A stretch of 64,000 nucleotides of DNA from Chlorobiota bacterium (GCA_022616535.1 JAKEEM010000009.1:11353-75352); one strand, 5' to 3'; positions 28,516 to 37,411 are shown, numbered from the stretch's first letter. Notes: generated by a model not told the origin, from the letters alone. A program made the numbers and translations.

Positions 28516-29752
28516 TTGAACAGTATTTTTTTATTATGTGCAATATGAATTCCGCCCGAATTGCCCCGAGACATGGTTTTTCACCGCATCCAATATCAAA
28601 ACAGGGACTGCACCAGATTGGATGATAAATTGCAATGTGCTTAAAAGCTCCACTGGAAATTACAGCCTCAGTTCCGTTAATATCTTTTTCAAGCAGTGAA
28701 TAACGGGCAAACTCATAGGGTCTCCATAAAGCAACCGAACCAGGCCCGAATATAGTAATTGTTCTTGAAAACTGTGAGAGGTAATGCGCCTGTCCTCCGT
28801 CATAGCATGCAAGCAATCTTGATTTTATGCAGTCCACTGTCGCCTGCTCAAGCGAGCTGAAAATTTTGAATTTAATTTTACCTGCCTTTGCAAATTTTTT
28901 TTTAAGCCGGATAAAATTTTCTGTTTCCTCCTTATCTGTAACAAGAACATTAAATTCCGATAAATGTTCGACAAGCGATTCCTCTTTTTCATCATCGAGC
29001 TTTCTGAGTTGGGTTGAGCCAAGATGAAAAAACACGTCATAAATAAAATCTCCGGTTCTGCTTAAATAATTGCTTGTTAAGGGGAGTGATGTATCTCTTT
29101 TTTCAAGGTTCAGACTTAAACCGCTTGCGAGTGCATTTTCTATTTTCCCTGCCATAAAATCATTATCATTCAACGCCACCCAGTTTGAATCTATATAGAA
29201 GTCATAAAGAACATATGTCAGAAGCTTTTTCGGTCCAATGCTGAAGTTGGCAACCAATTTGCACAGAATGGCATTTCGCTTCAATCCGACAAGGTCTGCC
29301 GCCCCATCATATTTTTTTTCTTTTAACTGCTTTATTTTCTTTCTGTAATCGGTCGAAAACATATAAGGCAAAAGTGCATAACGAAGGAACTGAAAAATTC
29401 CTCCAAGCAAGGGAAGCTTATAAAGACCTCTTAAATTATCTGGAGTCCAGTTGAATTCAATTACTTCATTTATGTAATCAAGATTTTTGAAAACAAATTT
29501 ATTTCTTTGGGAAACAAGCACGTCGATCTTCATATATGGATAATTAAGCTTTATATCCCTGATAACGGGAAGGGTTACAACGGCGTCTCCGATTCTGTCG
29601 TTTCTGATAAGAAGAATTCTTTTGGGAACTCCTTTAAACGAGCGGGAGGGCTTAATGTAAGAAAAAAATGTGTTCAGCCGTTCAACCGGCTTTGAATTTT
29701 TGATTCTTTTCAACTTGAGCAGAAGCGGTATTTTGTGTCTTTTCTCAGCCAA
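28505..29752 (-). CDS. glycosyltransferase family 9-like protein
   Basis: 415 aa. RILLIRNDRIGDAVVTLPVI is a GT9 N-terminal signature. Apparent TTG start overlapping the upstream gene. Confidence 0.6.
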   Translation of the reverse strand: MAEKRHKIPLLLKLKRIKNSKPVERLNTFFSYIKPSRSFKGVPKRILLIRNDRIGDAVVTLPVIRDIKLNYPYMKIDVLVSQRNKFVFKNLDYINEVIEFNWTPDNLRGLYKLPLLGGIFQFLRYALLPYMFSTDYRKKIKQLKEKKYDGAADLVGLKRNAILCKLVANFSIGPKKLLTYVLYDFYIDSNWVALNDNDFMAGKIENALASGLSLNLEKRDTSLPLTSNYLSRTGDFIYDVFFHLGSTQLRKLDDEKEESLVEHLSEFNVLVTDKEETENFIRLKKKFAKAGKIKFKIFSSLEQATVDCIKSRLLACYDGGQAHYLSQFSRTITIFGPGSVALWRPYEFARYSLLEKDINGTEAVISSGAFKHIAIYHPIWCSPCFDIGCGEKPCLGAIRAEFILHIIKKYCSNAD

Positions 29753-30968
29753 CGGATGTGAACTTTCGTATATAGTAAAAACCTGTTATAAATATGAAAA
29801 ACTCACATATCCCGATGGATAAAGCTGAGCCCTGTGCACCCATTGATGGAACAAGGAGAAGAGAAATTATAATGTTTAAGATAAGAGCAATGAGCAGTAT
29901 CCATACAAAGACAGCATTTTTATTTAAAGCAATCAGTCCCTGAGTAACAAGAAAATTGGGAAATAAAAACAAAAGCGGAATCGTAAGATACTGAAGAATG
30001 CTGTATGATTTTGCGTAAGAGGAACCAATCAGCATAAAGATATTCTCACCGAAGAACCAGCATAATAAACCGGAAAGAAAACCAAAGAAAAGAAGCAAAC
30101 CCAGTATTATATTAAACTGCATTCTGAATTCCTTTACGTTTTCGACTGCGAGTTTTGCAAATGCCGGGAAAATGGCTAAAAGCAATATGGATGGAAAATT
30201 TATAAATACTTCAACTATTCTGTAGGCGGCACCGTAAATGCCGACCTCTTCGAATCCTTTAAAATGTTCAATGAAAACCTGGTTTAACCTGTAGTATAAG
30301 TTGCTGAACACTTCAACAAGCGCAAGAGAGAAAACGTCATAAAAATATTCTTTAAATTTTATTTCTTTTTTATCATCGCTTTTAAGATACTCTTGCTCTT
30401 TTCGTTTGAAGATTAAGAAGATTAACAAAAACCCTGCAATCATGCTCATCATAAATGCTAGAAGAACCCGAGCACCTGATTTATCGCTGTAAATTAATAC
30501 TAGCGCTATGATGATAAACAAGGCTTTTTGGGTAAGTAGTACAGCGGCTTCATATTTCATTTTCCGAGCACCGCGGAAAAAAGCAAAGTAAAGGTTCATC
30601 ATTGAGCTGAATGCAAGTCCGATGCTTGCATAAATAATATATGTCCTGCTTTCTTCATAAATTCCAAATGAAAACAGAACAGTAAAGAACAATGCAATCG
30701 TAATCAGAATGCAAACCAGGCGGATTTTTACAGCGTAGTAGATGCTTGAATAAAAGCTTCTTGCAACATGCTTTGTGAGGATTATATTTCCTCCAAGCTC
30801 AAAGAACATTCCGACAAGGTAGCCAAGTGATAAGGCGAATTCGAACTTCCCGAACTCAGTATTGCCCAGCGCCCCGGCAAGATAGAACAGGAAAATAAAC
30901 ATCATTGCTCTTGGTATTATCTGAGCAATAGACTGGTATGAGATATTCTTAAGGTTTTGCTTCAGCAA
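29745..30968 (-). CDS. oligosaccharide/polysaccharide flippase (Wzx/MOP-like)
   Basis: 407 aa with ~12 TM segments. Sits in an operon with GT9 and O-antigen-ligase genes. The start codon is uncertain (TTG in the track). Confidence 0.65.
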   Translation of the reverse strand: MLKQNLKNISYQSIAQIIPRAMMFIFLFYLAGALGNTEFGKFEFALSLGYLVGMFFELGGNIILTKHVARSFYSSIYYAVKIRLVCILITIALFFTVLFSFGIYEESRTYIIYASIGLAFSSMMNLYFAFFRGARKMKYEAAVLLTQKALFIIIALVLIYSDKSGARVLLAFMMSMIAGFLLIFLIFKRKEQEYLKSDDKKEIKFKEYFYDVFSLALVEVFSNLYYRLNQVFIEHFKGFEEVGIYGAAYRIVEVFINFPSILLLAIFPAFAKLAVENVKEFRMQFNIILGLLLFFGFLSGLLCWFFGENIFMLIGSSYAKSYSILQYLTIPLLFLFPNFLVTQGLIALNKNAVFVWILLIALILNIIISLLLVPSMGAQGSALSIGICEFFIFITGFYYIRKFTSVG

Positions 30969-31116
30969 GTAATTTAATTATAAGCATAAAGTTATATATT
31001 AATCTGCTATATAAATATGCAGAAAAATTAACAAAAAATAAATATTGCCGCCAAAAAACGAATCTTGAATATGTTATGATTATCTGCTATGTTGATTTAA
31101 CAAATCCTTAGAATTT

Positions 31117-31764
31117 ATGGAAAATTCAATATCAAAGCGGTTTTTTTTAGTGTTTATATTTTCTTTGGTTACGTTTTTTTATTTTAACTGCGATGATTCA
31201 GGCATCGTTGAGCCGGAAAATCAGCAGCTTTGCATAACGGGACAAATCGTAAATTGGACACAAGGCACAAAAACTCTTCATGCATATGTCCGCAGCTCAT
31301 CGGGTCCTTCATTTTCAGTTGCAAATTGTCCGATTGACGCTGCGGGAAATTTCAACATCTGTCTTCCTGCTACGCTTTCGGATACTACTTTATTTTCATC
31401 CGATTCGATATTTTATATTGGCTGCACGGGCGGGGGAACGGTAACTTTTAATCCCCCTGACGGCAGAGGAACTGAGATAACCAGCTTCAGGGTAAAAAGC
31501 GGTGATACATTAATCGGTTATGTACGCAGAAATAACTACGATACTCTTTACCCGGGTGCTTTCAGTATAATGTATGTTTATGCAAATAAGGATGTTACTG
31601 TAAGCGGCTATAAAATTTGCACTAACGATACATTGCACTTTGACGGAACCGCAGCAAAAGGGTGGACAAAAGTCGTAAAGCACTGCTTAAGGGTTGCGGG
31701 ACCCGGAACGACTTATTTATATAACACTACAGAGCCTTCCGGAGCAGTCTGGGAATTTTATTAG
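31117..31764 (+). CDS. hypothetical lipoprotein
   Basis: 215 aa. The signal peptide ends in the lipobox-like FYFNC. No family recognised. Confidence 0.5.
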   Translation: MENSISKRFFLVFIFSLVTFFYFNCDDSGIVEPENQQLCITGQIVNWTQGTKTLHAYVRSSSGPSFSVANCPIDAAGNFNICLPATLSDTTLFSSDSIFYIGCTGGGTVTFNPPDGRGTEITSFRVKSGDTLIGYVRRNNYDTLYPGAFSIMYVYANKDVTVSGYKICTNDTLHFDGTAAKGWTKVVKHCLRVAGPGTTYLYNTTEPSGAVWEFY

Positions 31765-31827
31765 TAATCAATATCATTAAATGAATTGCAAGATTTTTCG
31801 ATTTTTAGTAAATTCGTAATTCGTTAC

Positions 31828-31902
31828 GGAGCCGTAGTTCAGTTTGGTTAGAACGCCTGACTGTCACTCAGGAGGTCGCGAGTTCGAGTCTCGTCGGTTC
31901 CG
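31828..31902 (+). tRNA. tRNA-Asp (GTC)
   Basis: Folded by hand. Acceptor GGAGCCG/CGGTTCC; D arm GTTC...GAAC; anticodon stem CCTGA/TCAGG with loop CTGTCAC; T arm GCGAG-TTCGAGT-CTCGT; discriminator G. CCA is not encoded. Confidence 0.9.
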
Positions 31903-31904
31903 CA

Positions 31905-31928
31905 AAAATGCCCATATTGGGCATTTTC
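31905..31928 (+). terminator. hairpin terminator after tRNA-Asp
   Basis: ATGCCCA-TAT-TGGGCAT followed by TTTC. Confidence 0.6.
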
Positions 31929-31932
31929 TGTT

Positions 31933-32196
31933 ATGCATTACACATACATTTTAAAAAGCAAGATAACTGATAAATATTATATAGGTTCTACAGATAACCC
32001 TGAACGAAGGTTAATCTTGCATAATGAAGGGTATTCTATATCAACAAAAGCATATATTCCATGGAAACTGGTGTATTTTGAAACATTTGATACAAAAACC
32101 GAAGCATTGAGAAGAGAAAAACAACTTAAGAAAATGAAAAGTAAAAAGTATATTGAGTGGTTGATTAAGAATCATTCAGGAGGTCGTCCCGATTAA
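31933..32196 (+). CDS. stand-alone GIY-YIG nuclease family protein (URI domain)
   Basis: 87 aa. Has YTYIL...YYIGST...ERRLILHN...REKQLK, i.e. the GIY, YIG, Arg and Glu motifs. Its last 7 codons read through the partial tRNA repeat. Confidence 0.85.
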   Translation: MHYTYILKSKITDKYYIGSTDNPERRLILHNEGYSISTKAYIPWKLVYFETFDTKTEALRREKQLKKMKSKKYIEWLIKNHSGGRPD

Positions 32197-32221
32197 ATCG
32201 GGAAGTCTCGTCGGTTCCGCA
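32176..32221 (+). repeat. partial duplicate of the tRNA-Asp 3' half, with the T arm replaced
   Basis: TCAGGAGGTCG (= 31868-31878) plus a new hairpin TCCCGATTAAATCGGGAAG plus TCTCGTCGGTTCCGCA (= 31889-31904). Confidence 0.85.
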
Positions 32222-32228
32222 AAAAAAT

Positions 32229-32262
32229 AAGGCACTTAGGATAAACCCTAAGTGCCTTTAGT
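32229..32262 (+). terminator. intrinsic terminator after the GIY-YIG/tRNA fragment
   Basis: AAGGCACTTAGG-loop-CCTAAGTGCCTT followed by TAGTTTTT. Confidence 0.7.
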
Positions 32263-32384
32263 TTTTACTCGTTTCCTCTTGGGTCCTTTTTTTAGTTTTT
32301 ATGGATAAACTCTTGCTATACTTTTATTTATATTAGAAGACAAATGAAATCATTAAATTAATAACTTAAAATAAACTTATTATT

Positions 32385-33029
32385 ATGTACGATCTCCCGT
32401 ATCACAAAGAACAAAATGCAAAGGTAATTAAGGAATTTGTTGACCAGCATCCATTTGCTTTTTTAGCCGGATGCGATTCACAAAACAAACCTGTTGCTAC
32501 ACAGGTGCCGATTTTTATTGAAGAAACCGACGGCAGGAAAATACTGAGGGGACATATCATGAAAAATACAGATCATCATAAAGCCTTTTTGCATAATAAA
32601 AACGTTCTTGTAGTTTTCACCGGTCATCACACCTATGTAAGCGCTACATGGTATTGTAATCCGCATCAGGCTTCTACATGGAACTATATGAGCGTACATG
32701 TTAAGGGCATTATCAGGTTTCTGGATGACGCTGCGTTAGAAGAAGTACTCCGGAAGACAACTCTTCATTTTGAAAACTATAATCAGCAATCCACAACGAT
32801 TTTTGATAACCTACCTTTAGAATATAAACAAAAATTAATGAAGGCAATTGTAGCTTTTGAAATTGAAGTAAAAGAAATGGACAATGTTTTCAAATTAAGT
32901 CAGGACAGAGATTCTAAAAGCTATGACAATATTAGAGAGAAGCTCAAAGAACAGGGTGAAGCGGGACAGGTGATTGCTTCTGAGATGGAAAAAAGAACTA
33001 AGGAACTATTTCCTGATGATAAACAATAG
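32385..33029 (+). CDS. FMN-binding negative transcriptional regulator, PaiB family
   Basis: 214 aa. The N-terminus (KEFVDQHPFAFL...ATQVPIF...LRGHIMKNTDH) resembles the PaiB/FMN_bind_2 family. Confidence 0.7.
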   Translation: MYDLPYHKEQNAKVIKEFVDQHPFAFLAGCDSQNKPVATQVPIFIEETDGRKILRGHIMKNTDHHKAFLHNKNVLVVFTGHHTYVSATWYCNPHQASTWNYMSVHVKGIIRFLDDAALEEVLRKTTLHFENYNQQSTTIFDNLPLEYKQKLMKAIVAFEIEVKEMDNVFKLSQDRDSKSYDNIREKLKEQGEAGQVIASEMEKRTKELFPDDKQ

Positions 33030-33113
33030 GATAGTGAGTCTCAGCCTGCCCCGATTGTTCGGGGTCGGTTCCAATTGTGACAAGAATAACGCACTTAGCA
33101 GTTTGTGTAAAAT

Positions 33114-33689
33114 TCATACCCTAAGCAAGCCGCGGAAACCCCTTGAGGCATAGTAAGATTCCGCACCGTTGTGACCCACGAATACACGGCCGAATCGAAA
33201 GTCAGCACTGATTGCTCCGCCGAGTTTTCTGATATCAGAAGGTGTTTTCAGCCAGCTCGATGTTTTTGAATCGAACTCTCCAAGTTTTTGCAATTCCAGG
33301 TACTTGTCTTCTGTTAAAAGCTCAATGCCCATGGCAGCTGCCATTTCAACAGCGCTGTTTTTCGGTTTATGTTCTTTCCTTGATTCCAAAGCTTGGCGGT
33401 CGTAACAAAGACTTCTGCGGCCGTTGGGACTTTCCGCCGAACAATCATAAAAAATATATTCTCCTGTCTTTTTGTCGCAGCCAACAACATCCGGTTCACC
33501 GCCGGTTCTTTCCATTTCACTCAGCGCCCACAGCTTTTCGGTATTGGCTTCAAGCTTTGCCTGCACTTTAGCCCAATTAAGACCCTTATGTCTCTTCATG
33601 TTTTTCTCAAAACGGGCTTTCAATGCTTTGAGCAGGTCCGCACATTGTTTCGGTGAAAACTTCTTTTTATTGCTGTTAATTTTGTTCAT
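33114..33689 (-). CDS. DUF4256 domain-containing protein
   Basis: 191 aa. LKARFEKNMKRHKGLNWAKVQAKLEAN...MERTGGEPDVVG...YDCSAESPNGRRSLCYD...HNGAESYYASRGFRGLLRV matches my recollection of DUF4256. Confidence 0.7.
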   Translation of the reverse strand: MNKINSNKKKFSPKQCADLLKALKARFEKNMKRHKGLNWAKVQAKLEANTEKLWALSEMERTGGEPDVVGCDKKTGEYIFYDCSAESPNGRRSLCYDRQALESRKEHKPKNSAVEMAAAMGIELLTEDKYLELQKLGEFDSKTSSWLKTPSDIRKLGGAISADFRFGRVFVGHNGAESYYASRGFRGLLRV

Positions 33690-33732
33690 ACTTTTATATT
33701 ATCTATGTTTGATTAACTGACCTGCCTGCCCC

Positions 33733-34131
33733 CTAGGCAGGAACGATTTTTCTATCCGCAGGCACTGTCCAAAGGACTCCTTTGGAGAAATACCTCGATA
33801 CCAGAGTCAGGATTAGAAGCAGCGACGGGCCAAACATTTCACTCACAGGACTGCCTGATGCAATATGTGAAATTATTGCTCCCGACATGGCGAAGAAAAA
33901 ACCTGCATAAGCCCATTCTTTCAATAAAGGAAATTTAGGAATAAGCACTGCCGCAACCCCCAAAATTTTCCAGACACCAAGAATTGTCAGAAGATAGAGA
34001 GGATAACCCAACCGTGTCATTAAATCTACATCTGTCTGCAATCTGAATAACTGTACTCCTCCGGTTGACACCATTCCTAATGCAAGCCAAATGGTAGCAA
34101 TCCAATAGACAATTTTTTTACTTTTTGACAT
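33733..34131 (-). CDS. DoxX family membrane protein
   Basis: 132 aa, 4 TM segments, with LGVAAVLIPKFPLLKEWAYAGFFF typical of DoxX. Confidence 0.7.
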   Translation of the reverse strand: MSKSKKIVYWIATIWLALGMVSTGGVQLFRLQTDVDLMTRLGYPLYLLTILGVWKILGVAAVLIPKFPLLKEWAYAGFFFAMSGAIISHIASGSPVSEMFGPSLLLILTLVSRYFSKGVLWTVPADRKIVPA

Positions 34132-34149
34132 ATGTTTTTTTATGGTGTG

Positions 34150-34617
34150 TTATTTTAATTTGCTTACGATTTCTTGTAATTTGTTATGTGCCATGTTTAT
34201 GCCGTATGCAAAGGGGAGCTTCAGCAGCTGATCTCTCAGTTCGGCTGTTCTGAATATTGTATGTATACTGAGTTTACTGGTGTCATCCGTGAGTTTTTCA
34301 AATTCAAGGAACTCAAGCTGGACTTCAAAAGGCGCATTCTCCATTTCAAATGTACGGGTGATTTTCCGGTTGGGGATGAACTCATGAATTACACCGTTTG
34401 CGCGGAATACAACGTTTCCTTCGGCGTCGGTTTTTTCAAATTGATAGCTCCCATGCTTTTTATTTTCAAGTTTCAGCACTTTGGATTCCATCCACTGTTC
34501 AACAATTTCGGGCTCTGCATACGCTCTGAAAAGCAATTCCAGAGGCAAATCAAATTCCCTTGTTATCATTAATTCCTGTTTGCCTTCTTCGGCATGGATT
34601 TTTGTTTTTCGTTCCAT
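34150..34617 (-). CDS. SRPBCC (Aha1/START-like) domain protein
   Basis: 155 aa. ITREFDLPLELLFRAYAEPEIVEQW is typical of AHSA1/SRPBCC proteins, which are commonly paired with ArsR. Confidence 0.7.
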   Translation of the reverse strand: MERKTKIHAEEGKQELMITREFDLPLELLFRAYAEPEIVEQWMESKVLKLENKKHGSYQFEKTDAEGNVVFRANGVIHEFIPNRKITRTFEMENAPFEVQLEFLEFEKLTDDTSKLSIHTIFRTAELRDQLLKLPFAYGINMAHNKLQEIVSKLK

Positions 34618-34637
34618 ATTATTCTATTTTTTTTATT

Positions 34638-34958
34638 CTATTTCTTTTTGTATTTTTTCATAATGGCTTCCAATTTATTAAATCTTTCATCCCACATTTT
34701 GCGAAAGGGTTCTATAAAGTCCGCTATTTCTTTCATCTTTTTTGGATTTAAGTGATAGTAAATTTCTCTGCCGTTTTTTTTTTGTTCAAGCAGTTCACAC
34801 TCTGTAAGTATACGTAAATGTTTTGAAACTGTCGGCCTTGCAGTGTCAAAGTTTGCAGCTATACCTCCTGCAGTCATAGATTGCGAAGCAACCAGCAGAA
34901 GTATAGCCCTTCTTGTCGGGTCAGCTATAGCTTGAAATATGTCTCTTCTTAAATTCAT
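34638..34958 (-). CDS. ArsR/SmtB family transcriptional regulator
   Basis: 106 aa. [17 protein letters not shown]...[24 protein letters not shown] is a winged HTH of the ArsR family. Confidence 0.85.
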   Translation of the reverse strand: MNLRRDIFQAIADPTRRAILLLVASQSMTAGGIAANFDTARPTVSKHLRILTECELLEQKKNGREIYYHLNPKKMKEIADFIEPFRKMWDERFNKLEAIMKKYKKK

Positions 34959-34997
34959 TGCTTAAGACTCATTTACTTAGTTACTTTAAATTCATTA

Positions 34998-35070
34998 TGT
35001 AGCTATATGGCTACAAATATAAATGAGGCATTTAACCTTGTCAAGTCATTTATGTAGCCATTTGCCTACG
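34998..35070. promoter_or_regulatory. two tandem TGTAGC-type sites upstream of arsR (candidate operators)
   Basis: TGTAGCTATATGGCTACA (34998-35015, 6-bp perfect arms) and TGTAGCCATTTGCCTACG (35053-35070), lying 40-110 nt upstream of the arsR start (34958, minus strand). Confidence 0.45.
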
Positions 35071-35269
35071 AATACTGAATTTATTTAAATACGCTGGCTT
35101 TTCGGAAAATTTTTTGGTCCGGAAGGTTTTATGTGTAGTTGGCTGTAAGTCTGAATGATTTTCGATCGTAATTTTTCTAAAGTCAGCGAAGAACTGTCCC
35201 GCTAAACCCGGATTTACAGGGTTTTTTATTTTTGCTAATATTTGCTGTTTAAGGGCGTATTACAAAAAC

Positions 35270-35290
35270 TTGTAGTTATTTTAACTACAA
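35270..35290. promoter_or_regulatory. perfect palindrome TTGTAGTTA-TTT-TAACTACAA
   Basis: 9-bp perfect arms sharing the TGTAG/CTACA core with the arsR-proximal sites. Lies about 45 nt upstream of the -7 motif of the first crp/fnr gene. Confidence 0.4.
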
Positions 35291-35333
35291 AATTAATATA
35301 AAATTTGGCACTATTTTTCCTGACTTTTGTCGT

Positions 35334-35341
35334 TATATTTG
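35334..35341 (+). promoter_or_regulatory. TAnnTTTG -7 motif (TATATTTG) for the first crp/fnr gene
   Basis: Lies 25 nt upstream of ATG 35367. TGACTTTTGTCG (35321-35332) abuts it. Confidence 0.45.
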
Positions 35342-35366
35342 AATTGTAAATAATTCATCCATCAGC

Positions 35367-36077
35367 ATGAAAACATACTTTGAGACTCCAACCTGCGACG
35401 AGTGCAAATCAAGGTTCAACAATGTGTTTTGTTCACTGACCGGCGAGCAGGTAACGGAAATGTCGCTGGATAAAAACTGCAGCATGTATAAAAAAGGGCA
35501 GTTAATATTCTACGAGGGGAACAGACCATCCGGTGTTTATTGCATAAACAAAGGAAAAATTAAAATATTCCAAACAGGCGAAGAAGGCAAAGAGCAGATT
35601 CTCCGCCTTGCAAAAGAAGGCGATGTGCTGGGCTACAGAGCTATGATAAGCGGTGACCCGTATTCAGCTTCTGCTGCCGTTATGGAAGATGCGGTTGTGT
35701 GCTTTATTCCCAAAAAGACCTTTTTTGGCTTTTTGCAGGGTAATTCCGAGCTTTCATCAAATATGATGATGCTACTTTCCCATGATTTAAAGGAAGCCGA
35801 AAGCAGAATAACGGGACTCGCCCAAAAGCCCGTCCGCGAAAGGATGGCGGAAACCATCCTAATGCTGCAGGAATTTTACGGATTAAACGGCAATGATGAT
35901 ACTATAAATGCGTCATTATCGCGTGAGGATATTGCTAATATCGTTGGCACAGCCACAGAAACGGCAATCAGGATTTTGTCCGATTTTAAAAACGAAAAGC
36001 TAATTGAACTTCAGGGCAAAAGGATTAAAATCCTGAACCATTCGGGTCTTGTAAAAGCGGCGCATATATTCGAATAA
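35367..36077 (+). CDS. Crp/Fnr family transcriptional regulator with an N-terminal Cys cluster (FNR-like)
   Basis: 236 aa. N-terminal C10-x2-C13-x8-C22, then a cNMP-binding-like beta-roll, then the C-terminal HTH REDIANIVGTATETAIRILSDF (E-x3-R, as in the FNR recognition helix). Confidence 0.8.
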   Translation: MKTYFETPTCDECKSRFNNVFCSLTGEQVTEMSLDKNCSMYKKGQLIFYEGNRPSGVYCINKGKIKIFQTGEEGKEQILRLAKEGDVLGYRAMISGDPYSASAAVMEDAVVCFIPKKTFFGFLQGNSELSSNMMMLLSHDLKEAESRITGLAQKPVRERMAETILMLQEFYGLNGNDDTINASLSREDIANIVGTATETAIRILSDFKNEKLIELQGKRIKILNHSGLVKAAHIFE

Positions 36078-36146
36078 TCCGTGCAGTAATTTCCCTTAGC
36101 ACGTCTATACAAGTCAGTTTTTCCTCGGCTTTTATCATAATTTTAA

Positions 36147-36191
36147 ATGACAAAAATCATTGTTTTAGCCTCTGTTAAAGGGTTAGTTTTG
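36147..36191 (+). promoter_or_regulatory. FNR/CRP-type box (ATGACAAAAATCAT) plus -7 motif (TAGTTTTG) for the second crp/fnr gene
   Basis: Box at 36147-36160, a 23-nt gap, the -7 motif at 36184-36191, and the ATG at 36217. Confidence 0.5.
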
Positions 36192-36216
36192 TATTGAAAT
36201 TTACAAAGCTAACTAT

Positions 36217-36885
36217 ATGGCAAAATACACTGGTTTAGAAGAAATAATCAAAAATTATAAAGATTTAATCCCCTTAGTCTTTCACAAAAACGAGCTATTG
36301 TTTCAGGAGGGCGAGTCTGCAAAAGGTATTTACTGCATAGAATCCGGAAACGTTAAGCTCAGCAAAAAAGAAGCAAATGACGGCGATAGAATCGTTCACC
36401 TTGCGGCAAAAGGAGAAATTCTTGGGCTGCACGCCGTTGTTAACAGGCACAATTACACAAATTCAGCAGTTGCCTTAACAAAAACTCATAGCTGTTTTAT
36501 TACCGCTGATGATTTCCTGAAGCTGATTGAAGATAACAACACTTACAAGCTGCTTGTGATGAAAAGCCTATGCTCGAGAATCGACACTATGGAAAATCAC
36601 ATAAACAGAATAAGCGATAAGCCGAGCGATGAAAGATTCGCCGATACCTTGCTTATGCTTGTTAACAAATACGGGCTGAACAGGTCAAGGGAACTGAATA
36701 TTCACCTTAGCCTTGACGAGATTGCAAGCTTTACCTGCACTTCCAAGAGCTATATGAAAAAAATAATCTCAGATTTTTCTCAAAGGGGATTAATCTCGTT
36801 CTCAGGGGGAATTATAAATATTCGCAATCTTCCTCAGCTTGAAAATATTGTTAATTTAAGCTCAAAAGCCGCCTTACCAAGTTAA
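36217..36885 (+). CDS. Crp/Fnr family transcriptional regulator (no N-terminal Cys cluster)
   Basis: 222 aa with a cNMP-binding-like domain (GESAKGIYCIESGNVKL) and a C-terminal HTH. Confidence 0.75.
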   Translation: MAKYTGLEEIIKNYKDLIPLVFHKNELLFQEGESAKGIYCIESGNVKLSKKEANDGDRIVHLAAKGEILGLHAVVNRHNYTNSAVALTKTHSCFITADDFLKLIEDNNTYKLLVMKSLCSRIDTMENHINRISDKPSDERFADTLLMLVNKYGLNRSRELNIHLSLDEIASFTCTSKSYMKKIISDFSQRGLISFSGGIINIRNLPQLENIVNLSSKAALPS

Positions 36886-36921
36886 AAGTCTTAAACCGAA
36901 AACTTTGCGTCATAATTGCGC

Positions 36922-36966
36922 GTGATTCTTGTCATGTGAAATTAATATCTGGTATTGTTATTTTTG
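36922..36966 (+). promoter_or_regulatory. FNR/CRP-type box (GTGATTCTTGTCAT) plus -7 motif (TATTTTTG) for the membrane protein-usp pair
   Basis: Box at 36922-36935, a 23-nt gap, the -7 motif at 36959-36966, and the ATG at 37007. Confidence 0.5.
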
Positions 36967-37006
36967 TCTAAGCAGATAATCCGCAAATAATTTAAACTGA
37001 ATCATT

Positions 37007-37384
37007 ATGAGCTCATTAAAAAGAATTTTAGGCTATGGGTTTTTAATATTGGCAATTCCATTTATCGTTGCAATTTTTATATTTCCTTTGAGGGAAAATG
37101 AAAGGCCGCTGTTTGAGTCAATTATGCCTGTTGCAGTAGCTTTAGCGGTTGTTATCTGCACGTTGCCTTACAATAAAAAAATTGAATCGAATTTTTTAAA
37201 GGAAGACATTTATTTCGGCTTGTGGAGCCTTTTAATCTGTATTGTGATAGATTTGTTGATGTTTATGTGGGGTCCTATGAAAATGGCGTTCATTGATTAT
37301 ATGAAGGATATTGGCGTTACTTATCTAATGATACCTGTAATTACTTATGGCATTGGAAAAGCGATAGAGGAAAAGAAAAAGTAA
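37007..37384 (+). CDS. hypothetical small membrane protein
   Basis: 125 aa with 4 predicted TM helices. No family recognised. Confidence 0.5.
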   Translation: MSSLKRILGYGFLILAIPFIVAIFIFPLRENERPLFESIMPVAVALAVVICTLPYNKKIESNFLKEDIYFGLWSLLICIVIDLLMFMWGPMKMAFIDYMKDIGVTYLMIPVITYGIGKAIEEKKK

Positions 37385-37411
37385 AATTGTTTATAAACCG
37401 GAGTTTAAAAT

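Noticed and set aside
31828-34958. Whether the ArsR-SRPBCC-DoxX-DUF4256-PaiB genes form a tRNA-Asp-integrated genomic island
   Set aside because: The only tRNA-derived direct repeat closes at 32221, upstream of these genes. No integrase and no second att-like repeat is visible after 34958.
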